Shown here one piece after another: positions 1-12,752 of a DNA stretch of 64,000 nucleotides. The DNA is from Lama guanicoe. Taxonomy: Eukaryota. Each line of letters begins with the position of its first letter. The first letter of the stretch is position 1. A model generated the notes under the pieces. That model did no database searches. It saw only the letters and a program-made list of their open reading frames with translations, and was not told the DNA's origin. The stretch spans positions 3,702,303 through 3,766,302 of the forward strand of contig MU053513.1 of assembly GCA_013239625.1 (NCBI GenBank). Direction: 5' to 3'. The position numbers and the translations under genes were made by a program.

Positions 1-400
1 AGCAAACTCTGAGACAGGGCAGTAGAATTTATCCAATCAGAGGAAAAAAAGAGAAAAAGAATGAGAAAGAGTGAAGATAGCTTAAGTGACACATGGGGCA
101 CCATCAGGTGGATCAATACTTGCATTATATGGGTCCCAGAAGGAGAAAAAAAGACAGTGCAGAAAGCTTCTTCAAAGAAATAATGGTTAAAAGCTTCCCT
201 AACCTGGGGAAACAAGCAGACATTTAGATCCAGGAAGCACCGAAAGTTACAAATAAGGTGCATCCAAAGAGACCCTTACCAAGAAACATTATAATTAAAC
301 TGTCCAAAGTTAAAGACAAGGAGAGAATCTTAAAAGCAGCAAGAGAAAAATAACTTGTTACAGAACAGGGGAAACCTCCATAAGACTACAGCAGACTTTC
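1..400 (+). mobile_element. LINE-1 ORF1 fragment, decayed
   Basis: A-rich L1 ORF1-type sequence (ggtcccagaaggaga, atccaggaagcac, aaagcagcaagagaaaa); similar to 54560-54960. Confidence 0.85.
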
Positions 401-1499
401 CAGATTCTGTATACTCCTTAAGGCTGCACGTTGATAGTGAAATTGCTTTTCCATGTTCCATGTTTAATCCTGTCTTTAAAATCTTGAACATAAACTGGTA
501 AAAAGTATCATTAAATTGAAAAAAAAATACAAATAAATGTACGTGTATTTTCTTTTTTTATTGAAGTATAATTGATATATATTGCAAAATGAATGCATCG
601 ATGTTAGGATGTGTGAGCAATTTAGGCACTCCAGACAGTTTAGTCCAGGACACACTTGTTAGACTGTAACAGAGTATTTGCACTCCTTAGTGTCACACTT
701 ACAGCAATGCTTGACTCTTAACTCTCAAAAACGTTCCTCATAACTGAGCTTAAATTCCATGCTTAGAGATGGTGTGCCAGTGTTTGGGATAGAGTTTGGT
801 CATTCTGTGCTTTGTCTATCCATGCCTAACCGAAAGGATACTAGGGGAAACGCTGGGAGTTTCCTAAAATGACGAAACAGATAAAACAGACTCAGAGGAA
901 AATATGTGCTTTGTTGATGTGTGTAACTTTCTCTGCCTTTTGAGTTGCAGGGAAGTTATTCGTGATTCTTGGGTATGAGCCTTTTCTTTGGGATTTCCAC
1001 TAAAAAGGAAGCACTCAGTTGATCTTGATGCCACCTTCTGGCTACTACAAAAACTTCAGCTTATAAAGGTTGTGTTGAAACAACTTTGAATATTGTCTGA
1101 TGCAGCCCAGTTACCAAATTAGGTGGACTGAAATACCCATCCTCCTAATCTGAACTTCAGACAGGGAAACAGGAAAGATTAAGAGGACAAAGCTCCTCCA
1201 TTTAAGTTTTGCATCAATTTGGCATCTAGGGGAAACAATAACTTTGTCTTCAGTTCACTGAGAAAGCTCTTATAAAATGACAAGGAGGTCTCACAGATCT
1301 TTTTGCTTGAACATACTACAAGCCCAGACCTACTACGTGGTTTAATTTTTAAAATCTATATCAAAATCATACACGCCTGTGACAGTAAACCAAATAATAA
1401 TGAACAGCTTATCATAAAAGCAAGAAAAGCAGTGGTCTCCTGCCTTAGGACTCCTTTCCCACAATTCCATTCCACAAAAATAATCTCTCTGTGTCTGGT

Positions 1500-1846
1500 T
1501 GTCTTAGTTCAGGTAGCTATAACAGAATACCTAGACTGGGTAGTTAGTAAACAACAAAAAATTTATTTCTCACAGTTCTGGGGACTGGACATACAAGATC
1601 AGAGTGCCTGCATGGTCAGGTTCTTGGTGAGGGCACGTTCCCTGATTGGCAGATAGCCGTCTTCACTCTGCATCTTCATATGGAGGAAGGGACAAGAGAC
1701 TTCTCTCAGGTTTCTTTGGTAAGGGTACTAATCCCTTCATGAGAGCTCCATCCTCCTGACCTAAGCACCTCCACAGGCCCCACCTCCTAACACCGTCACG
1801 TTTAGCATATGAATTTGAGGGGGACACAAACATTCAGTCCATAATG
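1500..1846 (-). mobile_element. ERVL-MaLR solo LTR (MLT1A-like)
   Basis: Diagnostic blocks atttatttctcacagttctgg, gccccacctcctaa and atatgaatttgagggggacacaaacattcagtccata; homologous to 41149-41490. Confidence 0.8.
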
Positions 1847-2402
1847 CTGGTCTTAGTTCTTCTGGCAGTTTTTGCATGACTTTACATCATAAGCATATTC
1901 TTTCATTTTCTGCTTTATTAATTTTAGGCAGTATCCATTGATAACCTGCTATGAAAAATGAAGATTTAACTCATTTGCATGATCTGTTTTCCTGAGCCCC
2001 CTCCTCCTCCCATGTTTAACAGTTAAATTATTACCTTTAGATTTTTTTTTAGTTACTAAATAGTAGACTGAAGCCTCTATTGCTTGGTCTACTAACTTTT
2101 GTCAGTATCCCGAATCCTCTTTATTTAAAAGGAGGAGATTATCCCCAATACCCTTCTTTCCATCTTTCTTTTCCATTCCACCTTCCACTTTCTGTATTTA
2201 CCCTTTACATGATCAAGTTTGTCATAAAGTCCAGTTCTGCACCTTCATCCGAATCTTTCATATTCTCTTGGGAGGTTGATGCTAGAAGTTAGAAATAAAA
2301 CTTTTACTTTGTAATAAATCTGTAACCTTTATTCACTGTTCATTACACTGCATTTCTTATTTATGGAACAAATGAAACCTCAAACCCTGCTTGCATTGTC
2401 TG

Positions 2403-2528
2403 TTTCCTGAGGGGAAGGTAATGAGGTTGACTTCATTGATTTCCACTTAGAGGAGGTACAGGGGATTGAACCCGGGACCCCTTGGGTGCTGAGCATACAC
2501 TCTACCACTTGAACTATAACCTTCCTCC
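2403..2528 (-). mobile_element. tRNA-derived SINE (camelid Vic-1-like)
   Basis: The reverse complement shows an A box (tagttcaagtggtaga), a B box (ggttcaatccc) and the same cct.attacct.ccc tail as the 61608 copy. Confidence 0.75.
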
Positions 2529-2871
2529 TACACTTGCATTTCTACTGTGTCCCTGATATCAAAGCCAAATCTTACACTTTATTTGCAGCTTAGCATCATC
2601 TTACATTTTAATTTGCTTCTTTCAACACAGGGCAGTGACATTTTTGTACAATGTTTAATTTGCCAGCAAGTTTTTCTTGAATAGTCTTTATCAGGACCAC
2701 AAGTTTCTCTGCTGTCCCAGTCGCCCTGTTTTTCAGAGGCCCCCTTTTCTCTGAATACCTATCTGGCAGAGCTTCTGTCCTTTGGTTCCACTCAGGACCT
2801 GGTAAATTTTAGGCCTACTGTATTGCTTTAATTCTGGGCGTTCTCTATTTGAGTAGATTGGAACCTCCTTC

Positions 2872-2961
2872 TAGAGTTGCCAGATTTAGCAAATAAAAAC
2901 ACAGAATCCCCTTTAATTTCAGATAAACAACAATTTTTTTTAAGTGTAAGCATGTCCCATG
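2872..2961 (+). mobile_element. hAT DNA transposon fragment (MER53-like)
   Basis: agagttgccagatttagcaaataaaaac...ttcagataaacaac...catgtccca resembles the MER53 terminus. Confidence 0.65.
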
Positions 2962-2999
2962 AACTGTCCTCTCTATCCCAACTTGTCTTCTTTCTTTGT

Positions 3000-3900
3000 T
3001 GACAGCGTTATTTTGATAGAGAACATTCTTGATTACCTTTCTAAGAAAAGGAAGCACAGGAAGTAAATTTGAGAAGTCCCTGGAAATGTTTTTTTTCTCC
3101 CTCCTTATAGTTGATTGATGGTCTAGCTTTAGAAATGTACCTTGAAAGACAATTTCTATCAGAAAATTGAAGACATTGTTCCATGGTTTTTGGCTTCCAA
3201 TGTGTCTAATGCTAGTCTAACTCACATACCTTGTGGGGGCTTTTTCCCCTGGGAAAGCTTTTAAAATCATTTCTTTATTCTTGGTGTTCTAAAACCTCAC
3301 AATTTGATATAGGTCTTTTTTTAAAAAAATTATTTTGTTTCAGTCCTCAGTGATTCTAAAGAACAGTTCTAAAGAACTATGACACTCATCAGCTCTGGAA
3401 ATTTTTCTTCAGTTATTTCTTTGCTGTTTTCATCTTTTCCATTGTATTGGTTCTCTTTTTGGAACTCTGAAAGTCTCACCTTGGACCTCTTGCATTAGTC
3501 TTCATTCCTTTTTTTTTTTCCCCTTATATTTTCCATCTTTGACTTCTTATTCTGTATTCTAGGAAGTTTTCTCAAGTTTTTTCCAGTTTTGTTTTTGATT
3601 TTTTCATTTTGATAATATTTTTAATCTCTTAAAGCCATCTTGTTTTTCTAAGCATTCCTCTATAATAACATAGTATTTTTATTTTGTGAATCATCTGCCT
3701 GAATTACTCTGAAAATAATTTTTAAAGGTCCCTCCTGTGCCCTGAATTATTTTTATTTCATGCAGCATCAGGGTTTCTTTTCTTTTTTTTTTTTTTTACC
3801 TTAGTCTTTTTCTGTCATGTTCTGATTTCTCTTAAATTCCTGATGCTACTTGGTTATCCATTCTTACTCAGGAAAGAATTGGGTTGCTTGTGTGAATTTG
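3000..3900 (-). mobile_element. Ancient L1 (L1ME-like) fragment
   Basis: T-rich degraded antisense L1-like sequence; boundaries approximate. Confidence 0.5.
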
Positions 3901-5189
3901 CTCTGATGCTATGTTAGCAGGGAGGCCTCTGTCCAGTATGGGGTGGTGACATGGTGTTGGCTGTCAGATTTCACTCCAGCATGTACTGGTGGGAAGCTGG
4001 CTGTCCGGCATGGGCTTTTAAATGCCAGAATGTGAAGGGTTGTAAACTGGGGTACCCAGTCCCACAAAAGGCCTTGTTATTCCCAGAAGGTTCATTCAAC
4101 AAAGGAGGCCTCTGTTTTTGCCTACTTTTTCTGGATGCTGGAATTCTAAGTATAGGGGTATGGGAGGAGCAGAGAGGTGCTGATTTGCACTGTAGATCTG
4201 TATATAAACCTTCAATTAATCTTCTCACTTTTGGCCACCTTTCTTAACTCTCAACTTAAAGCCCAGAATGTGTCATGATTTCTAACAGGCATATTGTATC
4301 CCTTTTTCTCTGTGTCGATTTTCTATGGTGCATTCATCACTCATGCTCTCACATGCTTTCCATCTTCCAGAAATTGTTGAACTCTCTTGTGCAGTTGTGA
4401 GCAGATCCCATCCTCCACATCCTTAGCTGATATAGTGAGGCTTATTGCTTTTTGTACTTTTATTCTTTTATTCTCATGAGTCTCCATAAGGAAAGAAAAG
4501 TCCATGAGGAAAGGAGAGAGATGGGCTTAAGTGCATCATACGTCACCTTGAACTAGTAGTTTGTAGTTGCTTCTATTTTGTTATTTCATGGTGGAAATGT
4601 AATTCAAGTTAAATAACGAGTTACTTCCTTCCTCAGTCACTTCCACGGAATCGTTCAGCTGCAGCCAGCACTATCTGCTTTGTACCTAAGGAATCTGAGG
4701 GTCAATGATGCTTAAGAATATCAAACTGTGATAGAATGACTATTGACTTGTGCTGAAAAACTAAGGAGGATTCTAAGATATTGAAAAAACAGTTATTCTG
4801 AAATTGAGCTCATTTGTTCTACAATGTCTAATAAGTGTCTAGAATGGGCCAAGTACTAGGCTAAGTGTTGGCAAGGTAGATGGATATAAAGATGAACACG
4901 GTATAGACTACCCTTGAGGATAAGCATAATCTGCTGAATAACTTGAGTTTATGTGCCATTTTGCAGTTTATAAATCAATTTTACCTATGGGGGACTCTTG
5001 ACACTTACTGATTTACTATTCAGTTTTAACTACTCCTAGGGGACTCCAATGATCCGTGACATGCAATAGTTTATTCATTTGCTTAGGTACAAATTTGAAT
5101 CACATGCAGCATGTGGATGATATAGTTGCTTGGATGGTGAAATAGCCAAGCTGACTCTTGTGGAATCGTGAAGTAGCCTTGTGCATATT

Positions 5190-5900
5190 GTATATGAATT
5201 TATAGCCAGATTCTTGAGCCATCTGAGCGCATTGGGATTACAAACATGAAATGGGTTTATTTTTCCCCTATCATTGTCTCCAACAATGTTCTTTCAAATT
5301 CTTTTCTTCTTGTTTTGGCATCTTGGGTAGATTCCATAGTTTCTAAACGCTTTCTGTTGTTAAAAAGTTCAGTGTATTCCGATTTAAAATTTGAATCTTG
5401 CTTCTTCCAATTCCCCAGCTCAGGTTTGAACTCTGCAAGAGAACTTAGAGTGGGAGAGAGGGCCTGTTTCTCTTCCCTCTCTGCTGCTTCTTGCTCTTTC
5501 TTTGTGTTGTGGCAGATGGGAGGAGGAGTACCTGTGACTTTCCTGAACACTGCCCTAGTCCCATATGGTTGTTGCTACTGCAGCTAAGATGTAACTAGCC
5601 ATCCATAAACACCCTCTTTGGGGTAAGCATCCAAAGGCCAGCTCCCTCATGGCTTACAAGTGGACATTCTCTGGGGAAATGCTCACCGACGAGTTCTTTG
5701 ATTTGAGAAATCAGCATTGGCTTGCCCTCCACCAAACCACTTTGGCTCCACCCCTGGTGATTCACCTCCAGTCTCTTGTCAGATGAAGTACCACCGGGAA
5801 GATGCAAGCCCATATACTTGACTCCACATCCCCCCGTAACAGGCTGCTTCAATGCTGCCCTCTTTCTGCTCCATTGGTTTATCTCAACTCTTTTGCAATC
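5190..5900 (-). mobile_element. Putative ancient LTR (Gypsy/ERVL-like)
   Basis: The minus strand is purine-rich and ends ggggaaaAATAAAcccatttcatg, like the R/U5 region of old mammalian LTRs; family not established. Confidence 0.4.
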
Positions 5901-6399
5901 TTTGGGTCTCATTTTTCCCTGCTAAAATGGGCACAGAGGGCTGACTAGTAAGTTTGCCACATAAAGGGGTGTCCACATGGAAACTGAAATGCTGGTCTGC
6001 CCTTCCTACAGGGACCCTCAGTCTCAATGAGAGATTCTCTCAGACCTCTGTGTAATTTGGAATTGGGAAGAGATAATTCACCCTTTCAGTGAGGAAGGGG
6101 GAAAATCCTCTTAACTATAATGATTGTATTCCGGCAACTCTGCTGTCTCCAATCTACCTCCTCTCCCCACCTATTTCTGTAAACAGGGGCAGGAAGAAGG
6201 TAGGAGTGATGCAAGAATCTAGCCCACATTTTCTGTGGAGAGCTTTCTTTATAGATTTGGATCCTACCTGGTGATTCTGAGTCAGCAGGAAAAGTGTTCC
6301 TCAGTGGTCTAGTATACATTTTACGCTAGGTATGTGGTCACATTAATTAGCTGGGGACTTGACAAAGTTCTGGAAACATTCCTCTTGAATGTGTAGGGC

Positions 6400-6580
6400 T
6401 GTATGTTCTCAAGATTCACCTATATCAAAATCTACTGGGAGGCGCAGGGGAAAATGTGAATTCCTAGGCTGTATATCCTAAGGTTTAGGCTCTTAAAGGT
6501 TGAGAAGGAGTGAGGAATCACAATCTTCAATAAACACTCCAGGTGTTGCTGACGCATACAGAAGTTGGACAACCACTTGC
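6400..6580. mobile_element. MER5-like hAT-Charlie fragment
   Basis: gttctcaag...atcaaaatc.actggga and actccaggtg..gctga.gca...aagttggacaaccact. Confidence 0.5.
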
Positions 6581-6725
6581 CTTGAGTCCATGACACATTA
6601 TCTTATGTCGTCTCAACACCACTGTTAAGTAGGTCAGGCTGGTATTATCCCCATTTTGCTGATGAGGAAATTGAGATTTAAAGGAGAACCACAGCTTGCC
6701 AAACGCAGAGTAATCCTCCACTCGG
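6580..6725 (-). mobile_element. MIR SINE
   Basis: attatccccattttgctgatgaggaaattgaga is the reverse MIR core. Confidence 0.7.
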
Positions 6726-7315
6726 TGCTAGTGGTAACGCACATCAGCCTGTCCCATCACTATGCCACTGACCAGAATTTTGAACAGACAGAAAATATCA
6801 CTCAATTTATTTATCTTTTTTCAGATTACCAACATAGTGCATGTTTATTTTAGGAAATCCATAAAAGTACAAAAGTGATCTAAACAAATATAATCCCACC
6901 ATTCAGATAGAATAATTTGTTTCTGCATATGATATGCTTGCTACACCTGCTTTTGCCAAATGAAGATTAAATCATATTTTAATACTCTTTAGTAAACTGC
7001 TTCCTAAAATTCATCCGTTAAACCTTTTTTTCAACATTGTTTTCAATGGCAATATAGTCTTTTACCGTATGGATGTGGAGTTCTTTATTTAACCAATCCC
7101 CTGTTAATGGCCAATTTGATTATTTCAACTTTTTACTATTACAAAAAGGTGCTTTATTGTTAGGCAGCTTAAAGGGGAATTGAGGAATATATTGCAACTG
7201 TCTAGGGAAAATGAAGCCAATTTTTAAAGGTCATGTTGTATTAAAAATATATAGAGGGTCTGAAATGATATGAAATATTTTCACAATCACTAAAAATACT
7301 ATGTTGTTTTCTTAG

Positions 7316-7400
7316 GAACAAGACCATTTTGTTTTACTTTAACCTGCTCAGCTGTGCCAGTCCCTCTGTGGTGGTGAACCTACAGTGCCCTACCACACAG
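7316..7400 (+). CDS. SLC44A5: SLC44A5 exon, 85 nt: (E)[28 protein letters not shown]
   Basis: ttttcttag|G ... CAG|gtaagg. Confidence 0.93.
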
Positions 7401-8439
7401 GTAAGGCCGAAAAATGCCTCGCTGGTGTCATTAGCAATTTTAAACATTCTTGGATGAAAGAATTTGGAAATTCCATTTGAGTTCTGGGTATGTGTGTGAT
7501 TAATAATGAATTTATGGAAGGTGGGAAGACAGAAGTATGAACTCATGTTTGTTCAATACAATTTTTTTTTAAAAAAAGCAGGGATTAGTCATTTTAGCAT
7601 CACTAGGAACCTTAGTAATTATCTTGTCCAATCACCTATTTTTATAAATGAACAAACTGTAGCCCAGAGAAGTGGAGATATTTTTCTCAATATCAGTATT
7701 AGGAAGAGTAATGACAGCTACTGTAAGTAATAAGCCCCAGGTTTTCTGCGACACAATAGTCTCTTTTTGGTCACATAAGAGTATAAGGCAATATTTGTGG
7801 TCTTTGGGCCACTCTCCTCCAGCCTCCTTTCATCTGGTGGCTCTTTCATCCCTTAAGTCCTCAGCAGCAGCAGCCTGTTGCCAGGAGGAGACAGGATGGA
7901 TAAAGCACCCCTGCTCTTAAAGCCTCGTCAGTAGGGCCACATGTTGCATTTCGACTCATATGTCACCAACTCCTCAGTTCTCTACGCTCACCCTACATGC
8001 AGGAAGGGACGAGTAAGGCAATGTAGTTGTGGGCTGGGCGGCCTCCTTACCATGAACAAATGAAACAATAGACACAGACTGCAATGGACAGTAGCTGTAT
8101 CGTCCATAGTATACCCCTCCCTTCTCCACAGTACACTTCTTCCCAAGGGAGAGAGGCCAGAGTTCTGAGTGGCGCTGTCTTTAATCTAAAGGCCAGGATC
8201 TATGGATGATGAACAGTCCCCCCATCAGGTCTTGACACTAAATGCACAACGGGGAGTGGGGCTAGGAAAAGTAGGATACAGACTCCCATTCAGAAAGGGA
8301 GGAGGCATAAGAGCACAGCCGTCTTTGGTGCGCGGCACTGGGAAAGTCTTTTATTCGACCTGGGTTGTGTTCTCTAGGAGGAACTTCCATATCCATTGCA
8401 TCCTGTGGTCCTTTGCTCAACCACCTGGGAGATTATTTC

Positions 8440-9125
8440 CTGTCTCTCCTCAGCCTTCTTGCCCTGCCTCCTGCCTCCTTCAGCCTGTTCTCTACCCAGC
8501 AGCCAGCGTGATCCTGCTAAATATGTCACATGATGTCCCTCCTTGGCTCAAGCCCTCTCCCCTCAGTAGCTTCCCAGGTCACTCAGATTAAAAGGCAAAG
8601 TGCTGACAATGGCCTACGGGCTCCCTCACTGCCTGCCCGCCTCTGCCCGCCTCTGCCGCTGCCTTCCTTCTCACCGCTCTCGGCCCTGCTGACCGTCTGT
8701 TGTCTTCAGAGAATCCAGGAAGGCCCCTACTTCCCAGCCCCGACTTGGCCGTCCCCAGCCTAGGGTGCTCTTTCTCCAGGTGACGATGGCTTGATCACTA
8801 GTCGTCAAGTCTTCCTTCACAGGTTACCTTTTCAGTGAGGCCTCCCTTGGCGACCTCGTTAAAGCTAGGATCCCACCCTGGCACCTGGCACCCTCTTGCC
8901 TTCTTTCTAGCCTTCTTTTTCTCCATAGCACCGATTACGTTCTTAGCCCAAACGACTTTCCCCATTTGTTGTTACTCATCTCCCTGTACTAGGAAGTAAA
9001 CTGCTTGAGGGTAGGGACTTTTATCTTGTTTTTGGTCACCACTGGGTCCTCAGTGCCTAGAACAGCCTCAAAGTAGGTGATCAGTACACATTTGTTGAAT
9101 GAGTGAGTGAGTGAGTGAGTGAATC
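8440..9125 (+). mobile_element. LINE-2 3' end
   Basis: cagcagccagcgtgatcct, ttgagggtagggactt and gtgcctagaacag...atttgttgaatga, ending in a (GAGT)n tail. Confidence 0.8.
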
Positions 9126-9843
9126 AATACAGTCCTATTCTCAATCTAGGAATTTTTCCACTGTACTATCCAAATCCATCATTCCTGTGATGAAACAAAA
9201 AATCCTTGCACATTCTGCTTTTTGTTGTTTCAGAAATTGTCTCCTGGATCATCCTTTCTTCACTGCAAATGTGGTGCTTTAAGCGTCAGCGTAACTCTCT
9301 CTTCTGCTCACCAAATCCTAATTTATATTAGAGTGTTAACCCTATATGAATGGAAGATGTAAAAACAATGAGGAAGAACTATATTCAGCGTGCCCCTTTG
9401 TGGTTACACAAAGAATCAGAACTGAGTCAGGATAAATATTAGCCGTCAATGACGCAGACTCACTTTTAGTCTGCCAGGCGATAGTGTATCTCCTGATCCA
9501 AGCCATATTTTTATGCATTATGCTTTCTGTTAACTGCGGCATGGTCCAGACATGTGTCATAAGCCTTTAAAGGACAGATCGTGATCAATTAGGATACCAA
9601 TCTCAATGTGACCTTCATTTTCAGCTAATTATATGTTGATTGCTACTAATCAGCACTCTATTTGAAGTGAACAAATTGGTCTGATAGAGAGAGTAAAGAG
9701 CAGTTGCTATATTGTTTTTTAACAGCTCATTTGGATTGGAATGAAATTTGATGTGATTCTCTTTAACATACCATTTTTTAACCCTCTGAATTACTTTCTT
9801 TTATATGGTGCATCCACAGCACCTTCGTATCTGTAGTAGCCAT

Positions 9844-9866
9844 TGTGTGTGTGTGTGTGTGTGTGT
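9844..9866. repeat. (TG)n microsatellite
   Basis: About 11 TG units. Confidence 0.9.
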
Positions 9867-10252
9867 TCATAAATACAGAAATCATTGTGGCTTCAACTCA
9901 GTAGTTGCTACCATCATTTAAAGCCTGTGAAAGCGTTGGTACTTTCAGTATTCGCTTTTAGAAATCCATTTAAATGTAACCAACAGGGGAACCAATTCAG
10001 TTATCTTTCAGAGTCATGTAAGTAAATTGCCGAGGTTGAAACGTCTGTGAGGTAGCTCCTAGTATGTGAATGGTTTTTTTCAGCTTACCTCCAATCAGAG
10101 TGAACTTCTGATAGTTGCATTGATAATGACCTTAGCCTTCTTCCAAAAACTGTGAGCATGTTGGATACTGTGAATGGCCCTAAATAGTTCTTCAACTTTC
10201 ATAGCAGGATACTTGTGAAACTTTCAATATTTCTTCTAGAAGTATATGTGAT

Positions 10253-10317
10253 TGTGTGTGTGGCATGTGTGTGTGTGTGTGTGTGCGTGTGCGCATGCGT
10301 ACGCACACGTGTGTATG
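10253..10317. repeat. (TG)n / mixed alternating purine-pyrimidine microsatellite
   Basis: tgtgtgtgtggcatgtgt...gcgtgtgcgcatgcgtacgcacacgtgtgtatg. Confidence 0.9.
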
Positions 10318-11234
10318 AGAGACTGAGAAAGAAAATGTGTATGGTGGTGTGAATGTGGGGATGGGTTGCTTCCCTTGTCAAAACTTCTAAAAGCAATTGG
10401 ACTGGTGCTGCTACAAAACATATCCACTTAGTTATCAACCTATGACCTTAGCTGTGGGTTGACACCAAACGCCCTCATGTATAGCAGAAACATGACCCAA
10501 CAGTTGAGAAAGAGATGTCAGCTCAGCAGCCATGTTTTTACCTAACTGCCAACGGGGGTTGAGCTAGAGTCTGGCCAGTGAGAACAGTTACCAAAGTGCA
10601 GTGGGGAGATGGAACAAGTTAGAGCTGGGAGGGTTTTCTTAAGGAGGAACTGAAGCTGGAGGAGAGAATGTTCAAGGATTGACTGCAACTCTCATATCTG
10701 CATGTGATCTTTGGTCTTGTTGTTGTTGTTGTTTTAAATCACAAACAAAAGCAAAATCAATAGAGTGCATCTTCCCTGATTCTGCTCTCTCTGTAGAGCT
10801 GCTAATTGGATTGCCGTCACTCCACGGTGGCTCTGTGGACTAGCAGGGTGATCTGATTTGGCATTAATAGGCCCCCAAAGTTCAGTAATGTAAAATAATT
10901 GCATCAGCGACCTCTCTGCCCACATTTGGCTGGTTTTGATAAAAGACAATAACAATGCTTGACTGCCACAAATAGCCCTGATTTTGTTAGTTTCTTATGG
11001 TACTACCTCTATCATGTTTTGAGAATTCACTGGCACTGACCGTTCTTAGTGGTATGAGTTGTCAACGTTTGGAGCATTTTAAATTACCATTTTATTCATA
11101 TATAGGAAAGAAAGCAAGATACTAACCATGGAAATATATAAACTACACAGGAAGAATTAAGCTTGCGTTATACTCTTACTTACTAATTCAGAAAATCGTA
11201 AGAAAATGTTTTATTAAAAATTCATCACTGTCCT

Positions 11235-11490
11235 GTGGAAGCTGACACATGAATCCACAAGGATAAAATTGCTTGGGACTGCACACGCATACACATACAA
11301 GTGCACACATGTAAAACTGGTGAACACTGAGTGACATTAGTGGGTTGTAACAATATCAGTATCATTGTGGTGTTGTACTACAGTTATGCAGGTTATTACC
11401 ATTGGTCAAAACAGGGTGAAAAGTGTGCAGGATCTATTATTTTTCACAGCTGCATGTAGATCTACAGTTATCTCAAATCAGAAGGTAAAA
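11235..11490 (+). mobile_element. L1MC/L1MD-like 3' UTR fragment
   Basis: tgtaaaactggtgaa, ttaccattgg and gcatgtagatctacagttatctcaaa are typical of L1MC 3' ends. Confidence 0.65.
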
Positions 11491-11740
11491 TTAAGTTTGT
11501 CTTTGTATGGCATCTTATTGTTTTAACAGAACATCAACAGGCAAGGAGCAGAAATTGATAACTAGTACATGAAATCTTCCTTTTTATAATAAGTTTAGAA
11601 ATTGATGTAAGTTTCTTAGATGAAAAATGGTGCTTTGCTCTTCTATGGTAGTGGATAACTTAGAAGTCTAACCTGGCAGATAATTCCTTCGTCTGTTCAA
11701 CTCAGTTTAGTCCCCACCACTGTGTTTCTTTATTTCATAG

Positions 11741-11869
11741 ATCTGTGTTTCCAAGTGCCCAGAAAAGTTTTTAACCTACATGGAAATACAATTCACATAC
11801 AGAAGAGACAGAAACTACTGGGCGTACTACAGCCAGTTCTGCAAGTCCGCTGTTCTTAAGCCTGCGAAG
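11741..11869 (+). CDS. SLC44A5: SLC44A5 exon, 129 nt: [43 protein letters not shown]
   Basis: tttcatag|ATC ... AAG|gtatgc. Confidence 0.93.
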
Positions 11870-12691
11870 GTATGCGTGTTTAAGCTTAAAACTAGAGAAG
11901 GATTCAACTTGTTTCAATCTCAAGTGTAACGTGAGCATTTGTAACTGGATAAGCTCCAATATCTTTTAGGAAATGATTGCTAACAAATACCATTCCGTTA
12001 AAATACAAATGTGCTTGTACGTATAACACACACATAATTTACAGCATATCATTTTGTAGACTTGGGGCGTCATACCAGGCTCTCAGGTCTGGTAAGTTAG
12101 CATCAGCTATTCCCTGACGCCAGCAAGTTCTCTTCTTGGATGGACTTTTTGCCCTCAGGAGCTAGGAGCTAAATGGCGTTTGCAGTCACCATTTCATTCA
12201 TGTAGAGATAAAGCCCTAGGGCCACTTAGTAACAAGAATTTTACTTCCCAACCTGGTTTGATGATTGCTCATCAAAAAAATCCCCAAGCACTACCTAGGT
12301 TTAAGATTTATAAGGGAATTCTAAAGCCTCACTGTATTAATTAGTAGTAACGGCTTCTAAATTAGAGAAGATGCCATTTTTTTCCAGAAAAAAATGAAAA
12401 GATTGGAGGTGAGGCTGTGACTAAGACAAAGATACACATCTATAAAGGTGTGCCTTGGTTTCACAGGTCTGACTTTATTATTGTTGATTCAATTGAATTA
12501 CAGTTAGGACACTTAAGAGTGTCAAAGTTGTGTGTGTGATCACCTTACGATGACTCTTACTCGGGGAATAATTTGGAATTAGCAAGATTATTAGGGAATT
12601 GAATTTTGAAAGGACAAAATTTTTACAGGAAGAATAAACCTTGTCATCATATAGTCCTTGAACCGTTAACATACTTTTCTTTCGATTTTAG

Positions 12692-12752
12692 ACTCTCACA
12701 CAAGTTTTACTGGATAATGATTGTCCGACGGCGATTTTTCCAAGCAGACCTT
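12692..12752 (+). CDS. SLC44A5: SLC44A5 exon, 61 nt: TLTQVLLDNDCPTAIFPSRP(F)
   Basis: gattttag|ACT ... CCTT|gtaagt. Confidence 0.93.

Noticed and set aside
400..540. Possible retrocopy 3' end (ATTAAA followed by a short A-run)
   Set aside because: There is no identifiable parent gene, coding remnant or TSD.
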